A DNA stretch of 64,000 nt from Patescibacteria group bacterium (GTDB taxonomy: Bacteria > Patescibacteriota > Minisyncoccia > UBA6257 > 2-01-FULL-56-20), in NCBI GenBank assembly GCA_024654525.1, contig JANLHI010000022.1, positions 3,931 through 67,930 of the forward strand, given 5' to 3'. This document shows, one piece after another, positions 17,888 to 28,332 of this stretch (its first letter is position 1; every line of letters starts with the position of its first letter). The notes under the pieces are model-generated. The model was not told the origin of the DNA. It saw only the letters and a program-made list of their open reading frames with translations, and ran no database searches. The position numbers and the translations under genes were made by a program.

Positions 17888-19183
17888 TTGAATAATCCGA
17901 TATCGGACAAGGAAAAAAAGAAAAAAATATCCCGAATGTCGCGCATCTGGCGCATGCTCGGACCCGGATTCATAACAGGTGCCGCGGATGACGATCCCTC
18001 GGGAATTGCCACATATTCGCAAACCGGTGCACAGTTCGGATACGGACAACTCTGGATGATACCGCTTCTTTACCCGCTCATGACTGCGGTGCAAGAAGCA
18101 TGCGCCCGCATCGGCGCCGTAACAAAGAAAGGTATTGCCGCGGTAATACGAGAACATTACAGTCGACGCGTACTTGCGGTTGCGGTAACTCTTATTGCCG
18201 TTGCAAATACCGTAAATATCGGCGCAAATCTTGGGGCAATGGCAGAATCCACTCGGCTACTTCTTCCGATTCCGTTTACCGTTGTAATACTTTTCTATAC
18301 CGTAGTAATTCTTTTTCTTGAAATATTTTTGGCATATCCCATATATGCAAAAGTACTTAAATGGCTCGCATTCAGTCTGTTTGTCTATCCCGCCACTTTA
18401 TTTCTTATCCACGCGCCATGGGGAGAAATCATCCGCGCCACTTTTATTCCTCACTGGGAATTTGGATTTGGATTTATATTCATCCTTACCGGAATCATAG
18501 GCACCACCATCTCTCCATACATGTTTTTCTGGCAGGCATCGGAGGAAGTGGAAGAGATACAAGATACGCAACGAACGCGTCTTTCTCAAAAATTTTTCAA
18601 TACGCTCCGCATCGACAATGCCATCGGCATGTTTCTCTCACAACTCATCGCATGGTGCATCATCGTCGTTACCGGAACAGTACTTCATCAAAACGGGGTG
18701 ACTGACATTGCCACCGCCGCCGACGCCGCACGGGCACTTGAACCGCTTGTGCAGACATTCCCTCACTCGGGACTTATTGCACAGCTTATTTTTGCAATAG
18801 GTATCGTAGGACTCGGACTCCTTGCAATTCCTATTCTTGCCGGATCTGCCGCCTACGCCATGGCAGAAGCCTTCAACTGGCGAGAAGGACTTTCACAAAA
18901 ATTCCGCGATGCGCACGGGTTTTACGGAATAATTATAGTCGCAATGATTCTTGGTCTTTGCATTAACTTTATCGGCATCGACCCGATGAAAGCGCTTATT
19001 ATCACCTCCGTTATCAATGGAATATTCGCCATACCCCTTCTTCTCCTTATTGCTTTTATTGCTCGCAGTAAAAAAATAATGGGAGTACATCGAAGCGGTA
19101 TGCTCTCCAATGTATTGCTATGGATTACCATTCTATGCATTATTTTTGCGGCGATTACTATGGTCGTGATGTTCGGAACATAG
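17888..19183 (+). CDS. NRAMP-family divalent metal transporter
   Basis: GPGFITGAADDDPSGIATYSQTGA and GTTISPY. Confidence 0.9.
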   Translation: MNNPISDKEKKKKISRMSRIWRMLGPGFITGAADDDPSGIATYSQTGAQFGYGQLWMIPLLYPLMTAVQEACARIGAVTKKGIAAVIREHYSRRVLAVAVTLIAVANTVNIGANLGAMAESTRLLLPIPFTVVILFYTVVILFLEIFLAYPIYAKVLKWLAFSLFVYPATLFLIHAPWGEIIRATFIPHWEFGFGFIFILTGIIGTTISPYMFFWQASEEVEEIQDTQRTRLSQKFFNTLRIDNAIGMFLSQLIAWCIIVVTGTVLHQNGVTDIATAADAARALEPLVQTFPHSGLIAQLIFAIGIVGLGLLAIPILAGSAAYAMAEAFNWREGLSQKFRDAHGFYGIIIVAMILGLCINFIGIDPMKALIITSVINGIFAIPLLLLIAFIARSKKIMGVHRSGMLSNVLLWITILCIIFAAITMVVMFGT

Positions 19184-19283
19184 TATGATGTGATTTGACG
19201 GATAGGAAACAATCTGATACAATTTTCGTACATATTTCATCGCATCCCGTTGCAGTCTCGTGGGGTGCGATGTCTGTTTTATT

Positions 19284-20414
19284 ATGAAAATACTTACCAA
19301 CGTACACCATCGAGTCTTGGCGGGTATCAATCAAGTGGTCTCTTCTTTTGCGTCATATACACAACGCCAATCCTCTCCCGTTGAACTCGTAGGTGTGGTG
19401 CTTGAATCGGATTCCCGCATATCATCGAAAAACTCGAAGAAATCTTCCATTCCTTGCATTACTCTGCGTACACCACAACCTGATTTCTCGGATCTTCTTG
19501 CGCGCAGTGAAAGCCTCGAGGACTTCGCGGAAGGGTTTCGTCCTATTATAGAAATGTATATGGATGTTATTCGCACCTCGCGTCCCGACGTAGTTCTCTT
19601 GAATGGAACATACTACCTTCCATGGTGTCTTATGACTGCGGCCGCGGCATCAAAAACGCCGATGATACTTCATTATCACGGATCCATCACTAAAGAAACC
19701 GAATATTGGAGGGAATCAGAAAGGCGCGAACTCATGCGGTCTATGGAACGTTCTTTCCTTCGTCCCGGTATGAGATATATTTTCCCTTCCGCGCACGCGA
19801 AGCAGGTAGTGGAAGAAGATGTTCACGGCACACCACTTCCCGACTCTATAATAATTCCCAATCCTATCCCAAAACAATTTTTTAAGGCAACATCCGTAAA
19901 AAGTAAGAAAAATGTGGGGGTGGTAAGCCGTTGGGCGCAAATAAAAAATATTGATTTTGTAAAAAAGTTTGCGAAGCTCAATGCTCGCCGGGGAGCTCCG
20001 CTTATTATCAGTGCGATCACCGACCTTGCCAATTCGGCCCCCATTCGGCAAGAGCTCGAAGGATTGGTGAAATTTCTCCGTCCGCGTACCAATGAAAGAC
20101 TTGCCGAATTTTATGCACGCATGGCAATTGTTCTTTGTCCTTCTCACTTTGAAACATATGGCAACGTAGCCCAGGAATCCGTAGCAACCGGAACTCCCGC
20201 GTTAGTAAATCGCAACATGGGAGTTGCGGAAATATTTCAACGCATCGGACTTGATCGTTTGGTAGTGGATTTTGCCTCCACCGCCACCATCCATGACACT
20301 GTTGAAGACGTTGCAAAACAAGCAATAAGCAACGAAGAACGCAGGAATCTTGAGAATGAAGCGGGAGCAGAAGCCATACACAAACGTCTCATGTCCTACT
20401 TTACATCAAGGTAA
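19284..20414 (+). CDS. glycosyltransferase family 4-like
   Basis: PSHFETYGNVAQES (ExxxxxxxE motif). Confidence 0.8.
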   Translation: MKILTNVHHRVLAGINQVVSSFASYTQRQSSPVELVGVVLESDSRISSKNSKKSSIPCITLRTPQPDFSDLLARSESLEDFAEGFRPIIEMYMDVIRTSRPDVVLLNGTYYLPWCLMTAAAASKTPMILHYHGSITKETEYWRESERRELMRSMERSFLRPGMRYIFPSAHAKQVVEEDVHGTPLPDSIIIPNPIPKQFFKATSVKSKKNVGVVSRWAQIKNIDFVKKFAKLNARRGAPLIISAITDLANSAPIRQELEGLVKFLRPRTNERLAEFYARMAIVLCPSHFETYGNVAQESVATGTPALVNRNMGVAEIFQRIGLDRLVVDFASTATIHDTVEDVAKQAISNEERRNLENEAGAEAIHKRLMSYFTSR

Positions 20415-23086
20415 GATTCCCTCCTCATAAATACAGATCTCACTATCCATTTTCTTCCCTCCTCGAACACAAGGAGTGTGCCCGCCATTATTACAATAAC
20501 CGTCCACTCTGTTGCGCCAAGTGGAACCGTGTGAAGTAATTTTTGAAACGTCGGATGATAAATGGCGACAAGCTGGAGCGCAATAGTGCTTACTGTAGCT
20601 CCCACGAGAAAACGATTTTCAAAAAAACCGGAGAACGCTGAACGATGCGTGCTTCTGCAATTCCATGCGTTAAACCACTGGAATACTGCAAGCGTAGTGA
20701 GCGACACGGTGAGCGCTTTTGCGGAATCGAACTTAAGATAACTCGAGAAAATAAGGAGTGTGCCTCCGGCGATAATCACTCCCATAAATACCATTCGCAA
20801 CGCCGCATGCTTATCAAGTATAAAACGCGATGGCTTACGGAAACCGCGCACAAGTAGATTTTTTTCTTTGGGTTCCATTGCAAGCGCGACATCAAGGAAT
20901 CCATCGGTAACAAGATTTAACCAAATAATCTGCGCGGGGAGAATCGGCAACGGTAATTGAAGTGCAAGCGATCCTATAATTACCAATACCTCCCCCGTGC
21001 TTGTAGAGAAAAGGTAGAGTACCACTTTCTGTATCGTTCGATATATGCTTCGTCCTTCTTCTACGGCTGAAATAATATTTCCAAAATTATCGTCCAGAAG
21101 CACAAGATCAGATGCCTCCTTCGCAACTTCCGTACCTATGATTCCCATTGCAACGCCAAGATCCGCAGCGGCAAGCGAAGGCGCGTCGTTTACCCCATCT
21201 CCGGTCATCGCTATAATTTCTCCTCTCTTTTTAAAAATTTCTATGATGCGCAATTTTTGCCCCGGCGTTACGCGCGCGAATACACTTACCGTATCAAAGC
21301 GCCGTAAAAGCTCCTCCTCGGGAAGTTCATCCAGTTCTTTTCCGGTAAGTACTTCTTCCCCAGACTTAAGTATCCCCGCTTCTTTTGCAATAGCATGTGC
21401 GGTTATTTTATGATCTCCCGTAATCATCACTACACGAATCCCCGCATGTTCGGCGCGAAGCACCGCATCTTTTACCGACTCCCGCAGTGGATCACGCATC
21501 GCGAAAAATCCCACGAACACAAGCGGAGGCACTACACCGTTTTCTATATTTAACATTGCACGTTCACGCATTGCGCACGCAAGTACTCGATATCCTTCTC
21601 CGGAAAGTTTTGCGAATGTATTTTCTATAGTTTCCCGTTCTTTTACGCCTATCTTTTTAGCCCCTTCCTCGGTCCATATCCGATTAGAAAGTTCCAATAC
21701 CTGCTCGGGAGCCCCTACTACCGTCAGTAAGTTTTTTTTGTTCCACTCGTGGATCGTAAGGTGATATTTGGTCGAATAATCGAAAGGTATCTCAAAACGA
21801 AGATGGGCCTCTTCTTCTATATCCTTGTACCCTATTTTTTTTCCGAACACTCCAAGCGCCGCTTCCGTAGGATCCCCGGATACTTTCCATAGTTTTTCCG
21901 ACTCGACATACATCGCCGTTGCATTTGTACAAAGTGAAGCGATACGCCCCATAAGCATCAACGAAGGATGGTTTAGCGGCTCAAGGATTTCTCCATCACG
22001 CGATACGTCTCCTTCGGGTTCATATCCGTTTCCCGTAATATGGTAGGTAATTCCGTCTATGTGAACTTTTTCAATCACCAATTCATTTTTCGTCAAAGTC
22101 CCCGTTTTATCGACTGCAATGATTTTTGCTTGCCCCAGTCCTTCTACCGCTTGAAGTTTCTTTACCAGTACCTGTCGCTTTGACATACGCCACACACCCG
22201 ACGCAAGCACTAATGTAAGCACGATGGGAAGTCCTTCGGGGATAACGGAAACCGCAAGCGATACCACCGTCGCAAGCATCTGCGCCGCGGATTCTCCCCT
22301 CCACACACCAAACCAAAACAGCGCGACACTGAGTACAAACACCGCAATAATAATAGAGTTGGAAAGTGATGCAACATTTCTCTTAAGAGGTACGTCGGTA
22401 TTGACAGAAACTATTTCTTTGGAAATCTTTCCTATTTCCGTGGAAATTCCTGTCGCCACCACTACCGCCTTCCCCATGCCCGCAACCACATTGGTGCCTC
22501 TCCATACCATGTTGCGGCGATCCGAAACAGACGCCGTTGAATTTGAGAGCGTATCCGAAACTTTACCGACAGGAACCGACTCCCCTGTAAGAGTAGATTC
22601 GTCTACGCGCAATGATTTCTCGAAAAAAATTCGAGCATCGGCAGGAACTTTTTCTCCTTCGTGAAGCACAATTACATCACCGGGAACTGTTTCGCTGTCC
22701 GAAATAATATATACCTTTCCCTCACGCACCACCGTTGCGGATCCGCGAATATATTGTCGCAATGCACGAAGCGTATTTTGCGCCTTTCCTTCCTGAATTG
22801 ACCCTACTACGGCATTGAAAACAAGCACTACGCCGATAATTATCGCGTCTGCCGTCTCTCCAATATATAAAACCACCAATGCCGCGGCTAAAAGAATATA
22901 GATGAGAGGACTTGCAAATTGAGCGAAGAAAATACTTACCAGCCCGCGCGCTCGCGGCTCGGGTAAGGCATTCGGTCCTACTTTTTTTATGCGTTCATCA
23001 ACTTCGCTCGCATCAAGCCCTGATTCGCGTGAATGCAATTCTTCAAATACTTTTTCAAACGAATAGGTATGCCATGAATCACTCAT
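20396..23086 (-). CDS. cation-transporting P-type ATPase (type IIA-like)
   Basis: TGES, PEGL, DKTGTLT, TGDGVND. Confidence 0.95.
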   Translation of the reverse strand: MSDSWHTYSFEKVFEELHSRESGLDASEVDERIKKVGPNALPEPRARGLVSIFFAQFASPLIYILLAAALVVLYIGETADAIIIGVVLVFNAVVGSIQEGKAQNTLRALRQYIRGSATVVREGKVYIISDSETVPGDVIVLHEGEKVPADARIFFEKSLRVDESTLTGESVPVGKVSDTLSNSTASVSDRRNMVWRGTNVVAGMGKAVVVATGISTEIGKISKEIVSVNTDVPLKRNVASLSNSIIIAVFVLSVALFWFGVWRGESAAQMLATVVSLAVSVIPEGLPIVLTLVLASGVWRMSKRQVLVKKLQAVEGLGQAKIIAVDKTGTLTKNELVIEKVHIDGITYHITGNGYEPEGDVSRDGEILEPLNHPSLMLMGRIASLCTNATAMYVESEKLWKVSGDPTEAALGVFGKKIGYKDIEEEAHLRFEIPFDYSTKYHLTIHEWNKKNLLTVVGAPEQVLELSNRIWTEEGAKKIGVKERETIENTFAKLSGEGYRVLACAMRERAMLNIENGVVPPLVFVGFFAMRDPLRESVKDAVLRAEHAGIRVVMITGDHKITAHAIAKEAGILKSGEEVLTGKELDELPEEELLRRFDTVSVFARVTPGQKLRIIEIFKKRGEIIAMTGDGVNDAPSLAAADLGVAMGIIGTEVAKEASDLVLLDDNFGNIISAVEEGRSIYRTIQKVVLYLFSTSTGEVLVIIGSLALQLPLPILPAQIIWLNLVTDGFLDVALAMEPKEKNLLVRGFRKPSRFILDKHAALRMVFMGVIIAGGTLLIFSSYLKFDSAKALTVSLTTLAVFQWFNAWNCRSTHRSAFSGFFENRFLVGATVSTIALQLVAIYHPTFQKLLHTVPLGATEWTVIVIMAGTLLVFEEGRKWIVRSVFMRRESYLDVK

Positions 23087-23096
23087 ATATCCGTAA

Positions 23097-23864
23097 TTAC
23101 CTTATAATAATAAGAAACAAGACCACGAGCGCGATACGATAGACACCGAACACTGCAAGTGAATGTTTCCGAATATATTCCAAAAGAAATCTAATACTTA
23201 TGATGGCAGTGACAAAGGACACTACGGATCCAATAGTAAGTATGTGCATATCCGAAAATGAAAAGGTGTGAATATTTTTTACCAAATCAAAACCTGTCGC
23301 CGCAAGCATAGTGGGAACCGCAAGAAGAAAGGAAAACTCCACTATCGCTTCGCGACGCACACCAAGAATCATCCCTCCTACAATCGTTGCCGCCGCACGG
23401 GAAACACCGGGGATCATTGCAATCGCCTGAAAAAACCCGATTCCTACTGCGGCACGATAGCTGATATCATTTATATTTTCTACCGTTTTCCTCCCTGCAA
23501 AAAAACGTTCAAACACAATAAGCAATACCCCTCCTATTGCAAGTGCCCAAAGCACCACCTCGGTATTTCCGATAAGATATGTTTTTACGATTTTATAAAA
23601 TATCAAACCGAGTACTCCGGTAGGAATAAATGCAATTATTATCTTTTTAAGCAATGCGCGATTACATAATTCTCGCCAAAACAATACAATAACCGCCGCG
23701 ATTGCTCCGCTTTGAATTGCAATTTCGAACGTTTTTGTAAAGTCAGACTGTACAATCCCCAATATATCGGAAACAAGTATCAAGTGAGCCGTGGATGAAA
23801 TCGGAAGAAATTCCGTAAACCCTTCCACAATTCCCAATAACAACGCCGAAAATCCTGAAATCAT
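23097..23864 (-). CDS. uppP: undecaprenyl-diphosphate phosphatase
   Basis: EGFTEFLPISSTAH and PGVSR. Confidence 0.95.
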   Translation of the reverse strand: MISGFSALLLGIVEGFTEFLPISSTAHLILVSDILGIVQSDFTKTFEIAIQSGAIAAVIVLFWRELCNRALLKKIIIAFIPTGVLGLIFYKIVKTYLIGNTEVVLWALAIGGVLLIVFERFFAGRKTVENINDISYRAAVGIGFFQAIAMIPGVSRAAATIVGGMILGVRREAIVEFSFLLAVPTMLAATGFDLVKNIHTFSFSDMHILTIGSVVSFVTAIISIRFLLEYIRKHSLAVFGVYRIALVVLFLIIIR

Positions 23865-23989
23865 ATTCTGATTCTACCATACGTTCCATTATTATTGATT
23901 TTATTCCGTCACTCTCAACGTAGTAGAAAAACCCTTCTTATAAAAAAGAAAGTTCTCGGAAACCACATTCACGCATATCGTATTAATCC

Positions 23990-25030
23990 TTATTTTTTAG
24001 TACTACTCGCCGTAGCGGATGTAGAAGTAGCAACATCAGGGACATTCTCGGAGGAAGTTTTTTGAAGAGTTTCCGCGATACCCATTTTCCATTTTCCATC
24101 CTCCTGTATAAATACCATCTTTGCGGTACTTGACGATCCATTTTCCTGTATGGATGCAATACTCAAAATCACGGTGTCGGCCTCTTTTTCGGCATCAATC
24201 ACTACAAGGTCTTTATACCACACTGGTTGCCACTCCGATGATGACGCGACGGTCGCAAGAGTTTGGGCGCTTAAATATTGACGCTCTGACGCAACATCTT
24301 TTGCAATATGCGCTTCTCTAATTAATTGAAACGCTTCTTTCGCGCCTGTAATATCCGAGTCTTCCACGGGAACTTGGACGACGTTATTACTTTCATTTTT
24401 AGTACTCGTTGTGGAAGCGGGCTGATTTTCTTGATTTTGCGTTTCGGAAGGTACAACTGCGGGTTCCTCGTTGCTTTTTATATACCAATACCCGGCCGCG
24501 ATAACCGCGATAATAAGCGCAATAAGCCCCGCGATAAGAGGAATATTATTATGAGAAACGGGAGCTTTTGCTTTTTGTTCAGATTCTTGATTATTTATGG
24601 AAACAATTTCAGGGGAAGAAGCTTCTGGCTCGGTTGGAATCTGGAGGGAGTCGTTGGAGGTAGCAGAAGAAACTGGAGAAGCGGAATCAACCGGTGAGGG
24701 TTTTGCCGAAATAGCCGGAAAATCAACCGATTTCTTCTGGCTTTCAGGAGAAACCGTGGGCTGAGAAGGCTGGGGAGAAGTAACTATTGCCGAAGGATCA
24801 GCCACTGCGGGAAGATTTACCGGTTCTGAAACAGGAGAAGTAGCAACAGCCGGAGCACTTTGCTCTTGTGGAACAGAAGGAATTTCTGCCGGTGTCGCAC
24901 TGCTCTGTATCGCTTCTTTCACATCCGCCTCCGGCCATCCAGCTTTAAGAAGCGCATCGGAGATATCCTCAATCTTCACACCCCTCTCTAACTGAGACTT
25001 AATATAAGAAAGTATTTGTTTGTCAGCCAT
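23990..25030 (-). CDS. hypothetical membrane-anchored protein with Pro/Ser-rich linker
   Basis: N-terminal YIKSQL..LLKAGW domain, single TM, C-terminal EDGKWK (NTF2-like). Confidence 0.75.
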   Translation of the reverse strand: MADKQILSYIKSQLERGVKIEDISDALLKAGWPEADVKEAIQSSATPAEIPSVPQEQSAPAVATSPVSEPVNLPAVADPSAIVTSPQPSQPTVSPESQKKSVDFPAISAKPSPVDSASPVSSATSNDSLQIPTEPEASSPEIVSINNQESEQKAKAPVSHNNIPLIAGLIALIIAVIAAGYWYIKSNEEPAVVPSETQNQENQPASTTSTKNESNNVVQVPVEDSDITGAKEAFQLIREAHIAKDVASERQYLSAQTLATVASSSEWQPVWYKDLVVIDAEKEADTVILSIASIQENGSSSTAKMVFIQEDGKWKMGIAETLQKTSSENVPDVATSTSATASSTKK

Positions 25031-25112
25031 TGCAAATAATTATATCAATAATCACAGATGATGCTAGAATACTTATCAACATGGACATTGCGTCTTCAAA
25101 AGATATTTTTCT

Positions 25113-25331
25113 ATGAAAATAACTGTTCGCGCAAAGCCGAGTGCAAAAACCACTTTCGTTGAAAAGATAGACGAAAAAACTTTTATCATATCCGTCGTTG
25201 AACCCTCACGGGAAAATAAAGCCAACTTTGCGATAATAAAAGCTCTCGCGGAATACTTCAACACTTCCTTTTCTCGCATACGACTCGTGTCGGGGCGCAC
25301 CGCAAAACAGAAAACATTCGAAATTACTTAA
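25113..25331 (+). CDS. DUF167/YggU family protein
   Basis: VRAKP..ENKAN..LVSGRTAKQK. Confidence 0.85.
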   Translation: MKITVRAKPSAKTTFVEKIDEKTFIISVVEPSRENKANFAIIKALAEYFNTSFSRIRLVSGRTAKQKTFEIT

Positions 25332-25357
25332 GTTATTTATTGCCATATTACTAAATC

Positions 25358-25690
25358 ATGTTTTCAGGACTCACCAATCTTCATAAAAAAAGGAGGGATT
25401 CCACCGCAAGCACTCGTTCGAAACTTCCTCTCGTATGGAAACTTATCATCGATGAACTGGCGATAGTGGTAGGCGTTGTGGTGGCGCTTTTCAATATTCC
25501 TCAACTTATTACCATTTGGGCAAACCACGATATCAGCGGCGTATCGCTTACTTCATGGACGGGATTTTTCTTCGGCTCTATATTTTGGCTTTATTACGCG
25601 ATTCTCCATAAGGAAAAAGTTCTTGTACTTACCTTTAGCATTAACCTTCTTGCCCATGCGTTCATCGTATTGGGCATCCTTGTACATTAA
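25358..25690 (+). CDS. SemiSWEET/PQ-loop membrane protein
   Basis: IPQL..SGVS..WLYYA; three TM segments. Confidence 0.8.
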   Translation: MFSGLTNLHKKRRDSTASTRSKLPLVWKLIIDELAIVVGVVVALFNIPQLITIWANHDISGVSLTSWTGFFFGSIFWLYYAILHKEKVLVLTFSINLLAHAFIVLGILVH

Positions 25691-25844
25691 ACATATCTCA
25701 TGGGAAGCACGACATACTGCCCTTCGCCAAAGCGCGAATGACCCGCAACTGCAAATAGCAAAAGATGCGGCGGCATTCCTTCAAATATGTACTCGCGTCG
25801 TGGATTCTCTCACGCTCCTCGGCACGTTTATCCTTGTACGACAC

Positions 25845-26921
25845 TCAATCAGATTGGAGAAGCGCGAGCATCACGCGGCTCACCTCACATAAATCCCGAA
25901 CAGTAATCGCTTCCTCTGCAGTATGGATGTTGACGGCTCCATACCCCAAATTCAGCACTTCAAGTCCGCGAGCGCGGAAAATACAATTGTCGGCGCATCC
26001 CCATGTTTTTTTGAAACACGGCACAATACCGATTCTCTGAATGCGTTCTTGCGTCGCATTCAGAAACGCATTATCCATGGTAAGCGAGTATCCGTCATTC
26101 TCCCTCACCGCCTCAACTGCCGCGCCACCTCCTGCGTGCGCCGCGGCATCCTGAAAAATATTCCGCACCGCCACAGTGTGCGTTTCAACTTTCTCTTCGG
26201 AATAGCTTCGCAATTCGCATTGCAGGTCGATTCGGTCGGGAACTGAATTTCGCGCTTCGCCTCCCCGTATCATGCCAATGTTAAAAATGGACTCGTCATC
26301 AAGACCTCCAAGCGTTATTTTTGAAAGTGCCGCGTTCAATATTCCTATGGGATTTATTCCTTCTTCCGGGCGCGATGCATGCGTCGCGCGCCCATGGAGC
26401 GCCACATCAATCCTGTTGTAAAACGGTGCGGCAATAATAATCGTTCCCACGGGCTGTCCGGAATCAAAACAAAATCCTTTCTTTGCATGTATCAGCGAGT
26501 ATTCAAGATTGAGTGCCCCATAATTTCCCGTTTCTTCGGAACGCGTGAATATTGCTTCGACCGGCGCGTGGGACACATCACGCTTGCAGAGTACCGTGAA
26601 TACCTCCAAAATTGCCGCGACTGCGGCTTTATTATCGGCTCCGAGAATCGTTTCGCCCGCGCTGCGAATAACGCCGTTCTCCACTACTGGTTGCACTCCT
26701 CTCCCCGGCTCCACCGTGTCGAGATGCGCGCAGAGCATGCGCGGTTCTCCTTTTCCTTCTATGCGCGCAATCACGTTGCCGTAATTATCCCGTTGGTGCG
26801 AAATTTTTAACGCATCCAACACACGCTCTATATGCGCGGCAATATTCCCTTCCTCGCCGGAAGGACTGTCAATCCGTACTAAATCCATAAATGTATTGGT
26901 AATCCGTTGTTCATTCATCAT
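25845..26921 (-). CDS. M20 family metallopeptidase (PepT-like)
   Basis: AHLDTV, GADNKA, SEETG, NIHT. Confidence 0.9.
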   Translation of the reverse strand: MMNEQRITNTFMDLVRIDSPSGEEGNIAAHIERVLDALKISHQRDNYGNVIARIEGKGEPRMLCAHLDTVEPGRGVQPVVENGVIRSAGETILGADNKAAVAAILEVFTVLCKRDVSHAPVEAIFTRSEETGNYGALNLEYSLIHAKKGFCFDSGQPVGTIIIAAPFYNRIDVALHGRATHASRPEEGINPIGILNAALSKITLGGLDDESIFNIGMIRGGEARNSVPDRIDLQCELRSYSEEKVETHTVAVRNIFQDAAAHAGGGAAVEAVRENDGYSLTMDNAFLNATQERIQRIGIVPCFKKTWGCADNCIFRARGLEVLNLGYGAVNIHTAEEAITVRDLCEVSRVMLALLQSD

Positions 26922-26957
26922 AGTTTTGAATATATTGTAATTGATAATCAATAATAA

Positions 26958-26990
26958 TGGTGCGGGAAGTGGATTTAAACCACCTCCCGC
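26958..26990 (-). other. tRNA minihelix-like hairpin or tRNA 3' remnant ending in ACCA
   Basis: GCGGGAGGTGG-TTTAAAT-CCACTTCCCGC-ACCA. Confidence 0.5.
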
Positions 26991-27012
26991 CTATCGCGTT
27001 ATACACTTCACC

Positions 27013-27639
27013 TTATAGACCATGCCGCGCTGCTGTTTCGGGAGTGATTCTGAAATAACATATTCCCGAATCCCTTTTTGCTTCGCCGAATGCGAGAGAG
27101 CAGTATTCCGCATTGGGAGCGCCCATCTTTTTTACAGAACACGTACAGCTCGCACGCCATGCCTCGCTCGGAAGGCGCCTTCGCGGAACTTCCATAAAGT
27201 TGAGATCTTCCCCTACTCGTCGGGATATGGGATTAGTCGTGGTCGCCAGTATATCTTTCTCCGTATGTCTGGGAAGAAACACGGAGTACATTGCGTGATT
27301 CGCACCTTTCCCTCGATATTCCGGGAATACATAGGTACTTCCAAGCTCAAACCAATTTCCGGTCAGAGGTATCAGACGCGCATGACACACCACTTCTCCA
27401 ATCGCCGTAAATCCTATTACGGAAAGCCCCTTCATAAAACTGGCGCGCACGCTCTCGAACATGACACCGAGAAGATGCGGTTCTCGCGAGAATGCGTCAA
27501 CTATTTTTCTCAGTGCGCCATTCAGATCAAAACCGTACCGTTCAATACCTGACATATCGAGACACCAGCGTATTGCTATCGGGGGCTTATTCCCCTCTAT
27601 GCATTTTCTTTTCACATCACCGCCTTTGCTCTCTTTCAT
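27013..27639 (-). CDS. GNAT-family N-acetyltransferase
   Basis: ELGSTYVFPEYRGKG acetyl-CoA-binding motif. Confidence 0.8.
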   Translation of the reverse strand: MKESKGGDVKRKCIEGNKPPIAIRWCLDMSGIERYGFDLNGALRKIVDAFSREPHLLGVMFESVRASFMKGLSVIGFTAIGEVVCHARLIPLTGNWFELGSTYVFPEYRGKGANHAMYSVFLPRHTEKDILATTTNPISRRVGEDLNFMEVPRRRLPSEAWRASCTCSVKKMGAPNAEYCSLAFGEAKRDSGICYFRITPETAARHGL

Positions 27640-27690
27640 GAAAATCCTTTCAAGTTAAGGGTTAATTTAGTAAGGAACTGTTCTCTCCCC

Positions 27691-27726
27691 AAAAAAAATT
27701 CAGCCTCTTTCGGGAAGAGGCTGAAT
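27691..27726 (-). terminator. attenuator terminator upstream of the GNAT gene
   Basis: ATTCAGCCTCTT-CCCGA-AAGAGGCTGAAT followed by a T-run. Confidence 0.85.
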
Positions 27727-27746
27727 GTGAGTTGGTGTTGCGTTTT

Positions 27747-27830
27747 TTATCGAGACGCACAACCAACCTCTTCCCACAAGAGGTCATTGCGCTTCGACTT
27801 CGAAACAAATTGAAGATGTCTCACTGCCAT
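27747..27830 (-). CDS. putative 27-aa leader peptide
   Basis: MAVRHLQFVSKSKRNDLLWEEVGCASR*, lying between a consensus promoter and the terminator. Confidence 0.6.
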   Translation of the reverse strand: MAVRHLQFVSKSKRNDLLWEEVGCASR

Positions 27831-27840
27831 AATATTCAAG

Positions 27841-27868
27841 AGTATACTCATCTTCGCAATAGTGTCAA
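27841..27868 (-). promoter_or_regulatory. sigma70-like promoter
   Basis: TTGACA-N16-TATACT. Confidence 0.7.
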
Positions 27869-27875
27869 ATGAAAT

Positions 27876-27901
27876 CGCCGCGCATAGTGTCATGCGCGGC
27901 G
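27876..27901 (-). terminator. terminator after the orphan gene
   Basis: CGCCGCGCAT-N6-ATGCGCGGCG followed by ATTTCATTT. Confidence 0.65.
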
Positions 27902-27917
27902 TTCGTACCCAACTTCA

Positions 27918-28256
27918 TTATTCCCGTTTTTTTATATTTCTTGATATTTTCACCTTCCGCTTCACAACTTCATACCATATATTTGAAGCAACTCCAAGAT
28001 ATCCGCTAAACTTTTTAAGTTTCACATCGTAATCTCTTCCGATATGTCGGCGGACAAGCACTCGAAGCTCTGCATCAATATCAACCTTAGCTTCTTCGCA
28101 AAGCGCCAACCAGTTCCAAAGAGACTTTTCACCTTCACCAAGGAGCCGATGGTTGGACTGGGTAAGTGTGAATGATTTCTGACCGGAACATATTTTTGCT
28201 TTCGCGGGAAATACTACTCCCAACTTAAGCTGTTCTCGTAATTGCCTTTTTGTCAT
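27918..28256 (-). CDS. small basic hypothetical protein downstream of a SAM-I riboswitch
   Basis: 112-aa ORF with an AAGGA ribosome-binding site. Confidence 0.7.
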   Translation of the reverse strand: MTKRQLREQLKLGVVFPAKAKICSGQKSFTLTQSNHRLLGEGEKSLWNWLALCEEAKVDIDAELRVLVRRHIGRDYDVKLKKFSGYLGVASNIWYEVVKRKVKISRNIKKRE

Positions 28257-28288
28257 ATTTTTTCCTTTTCTCTTTTTGAATACCTTTC

Positions 28289-28329
28289 AAAGAACAAAAA
28301 CAACCGCCACACGCGGTTGATCTGTTCTT
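28289..28329 (-). terminator. riboswitch expression-platform terminator
   Basis: CAACCGC-GTGTG-GCGGTTG followed by TTTTT. Confidence 0.75.
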
Positions 28330-28332
28330 AAA

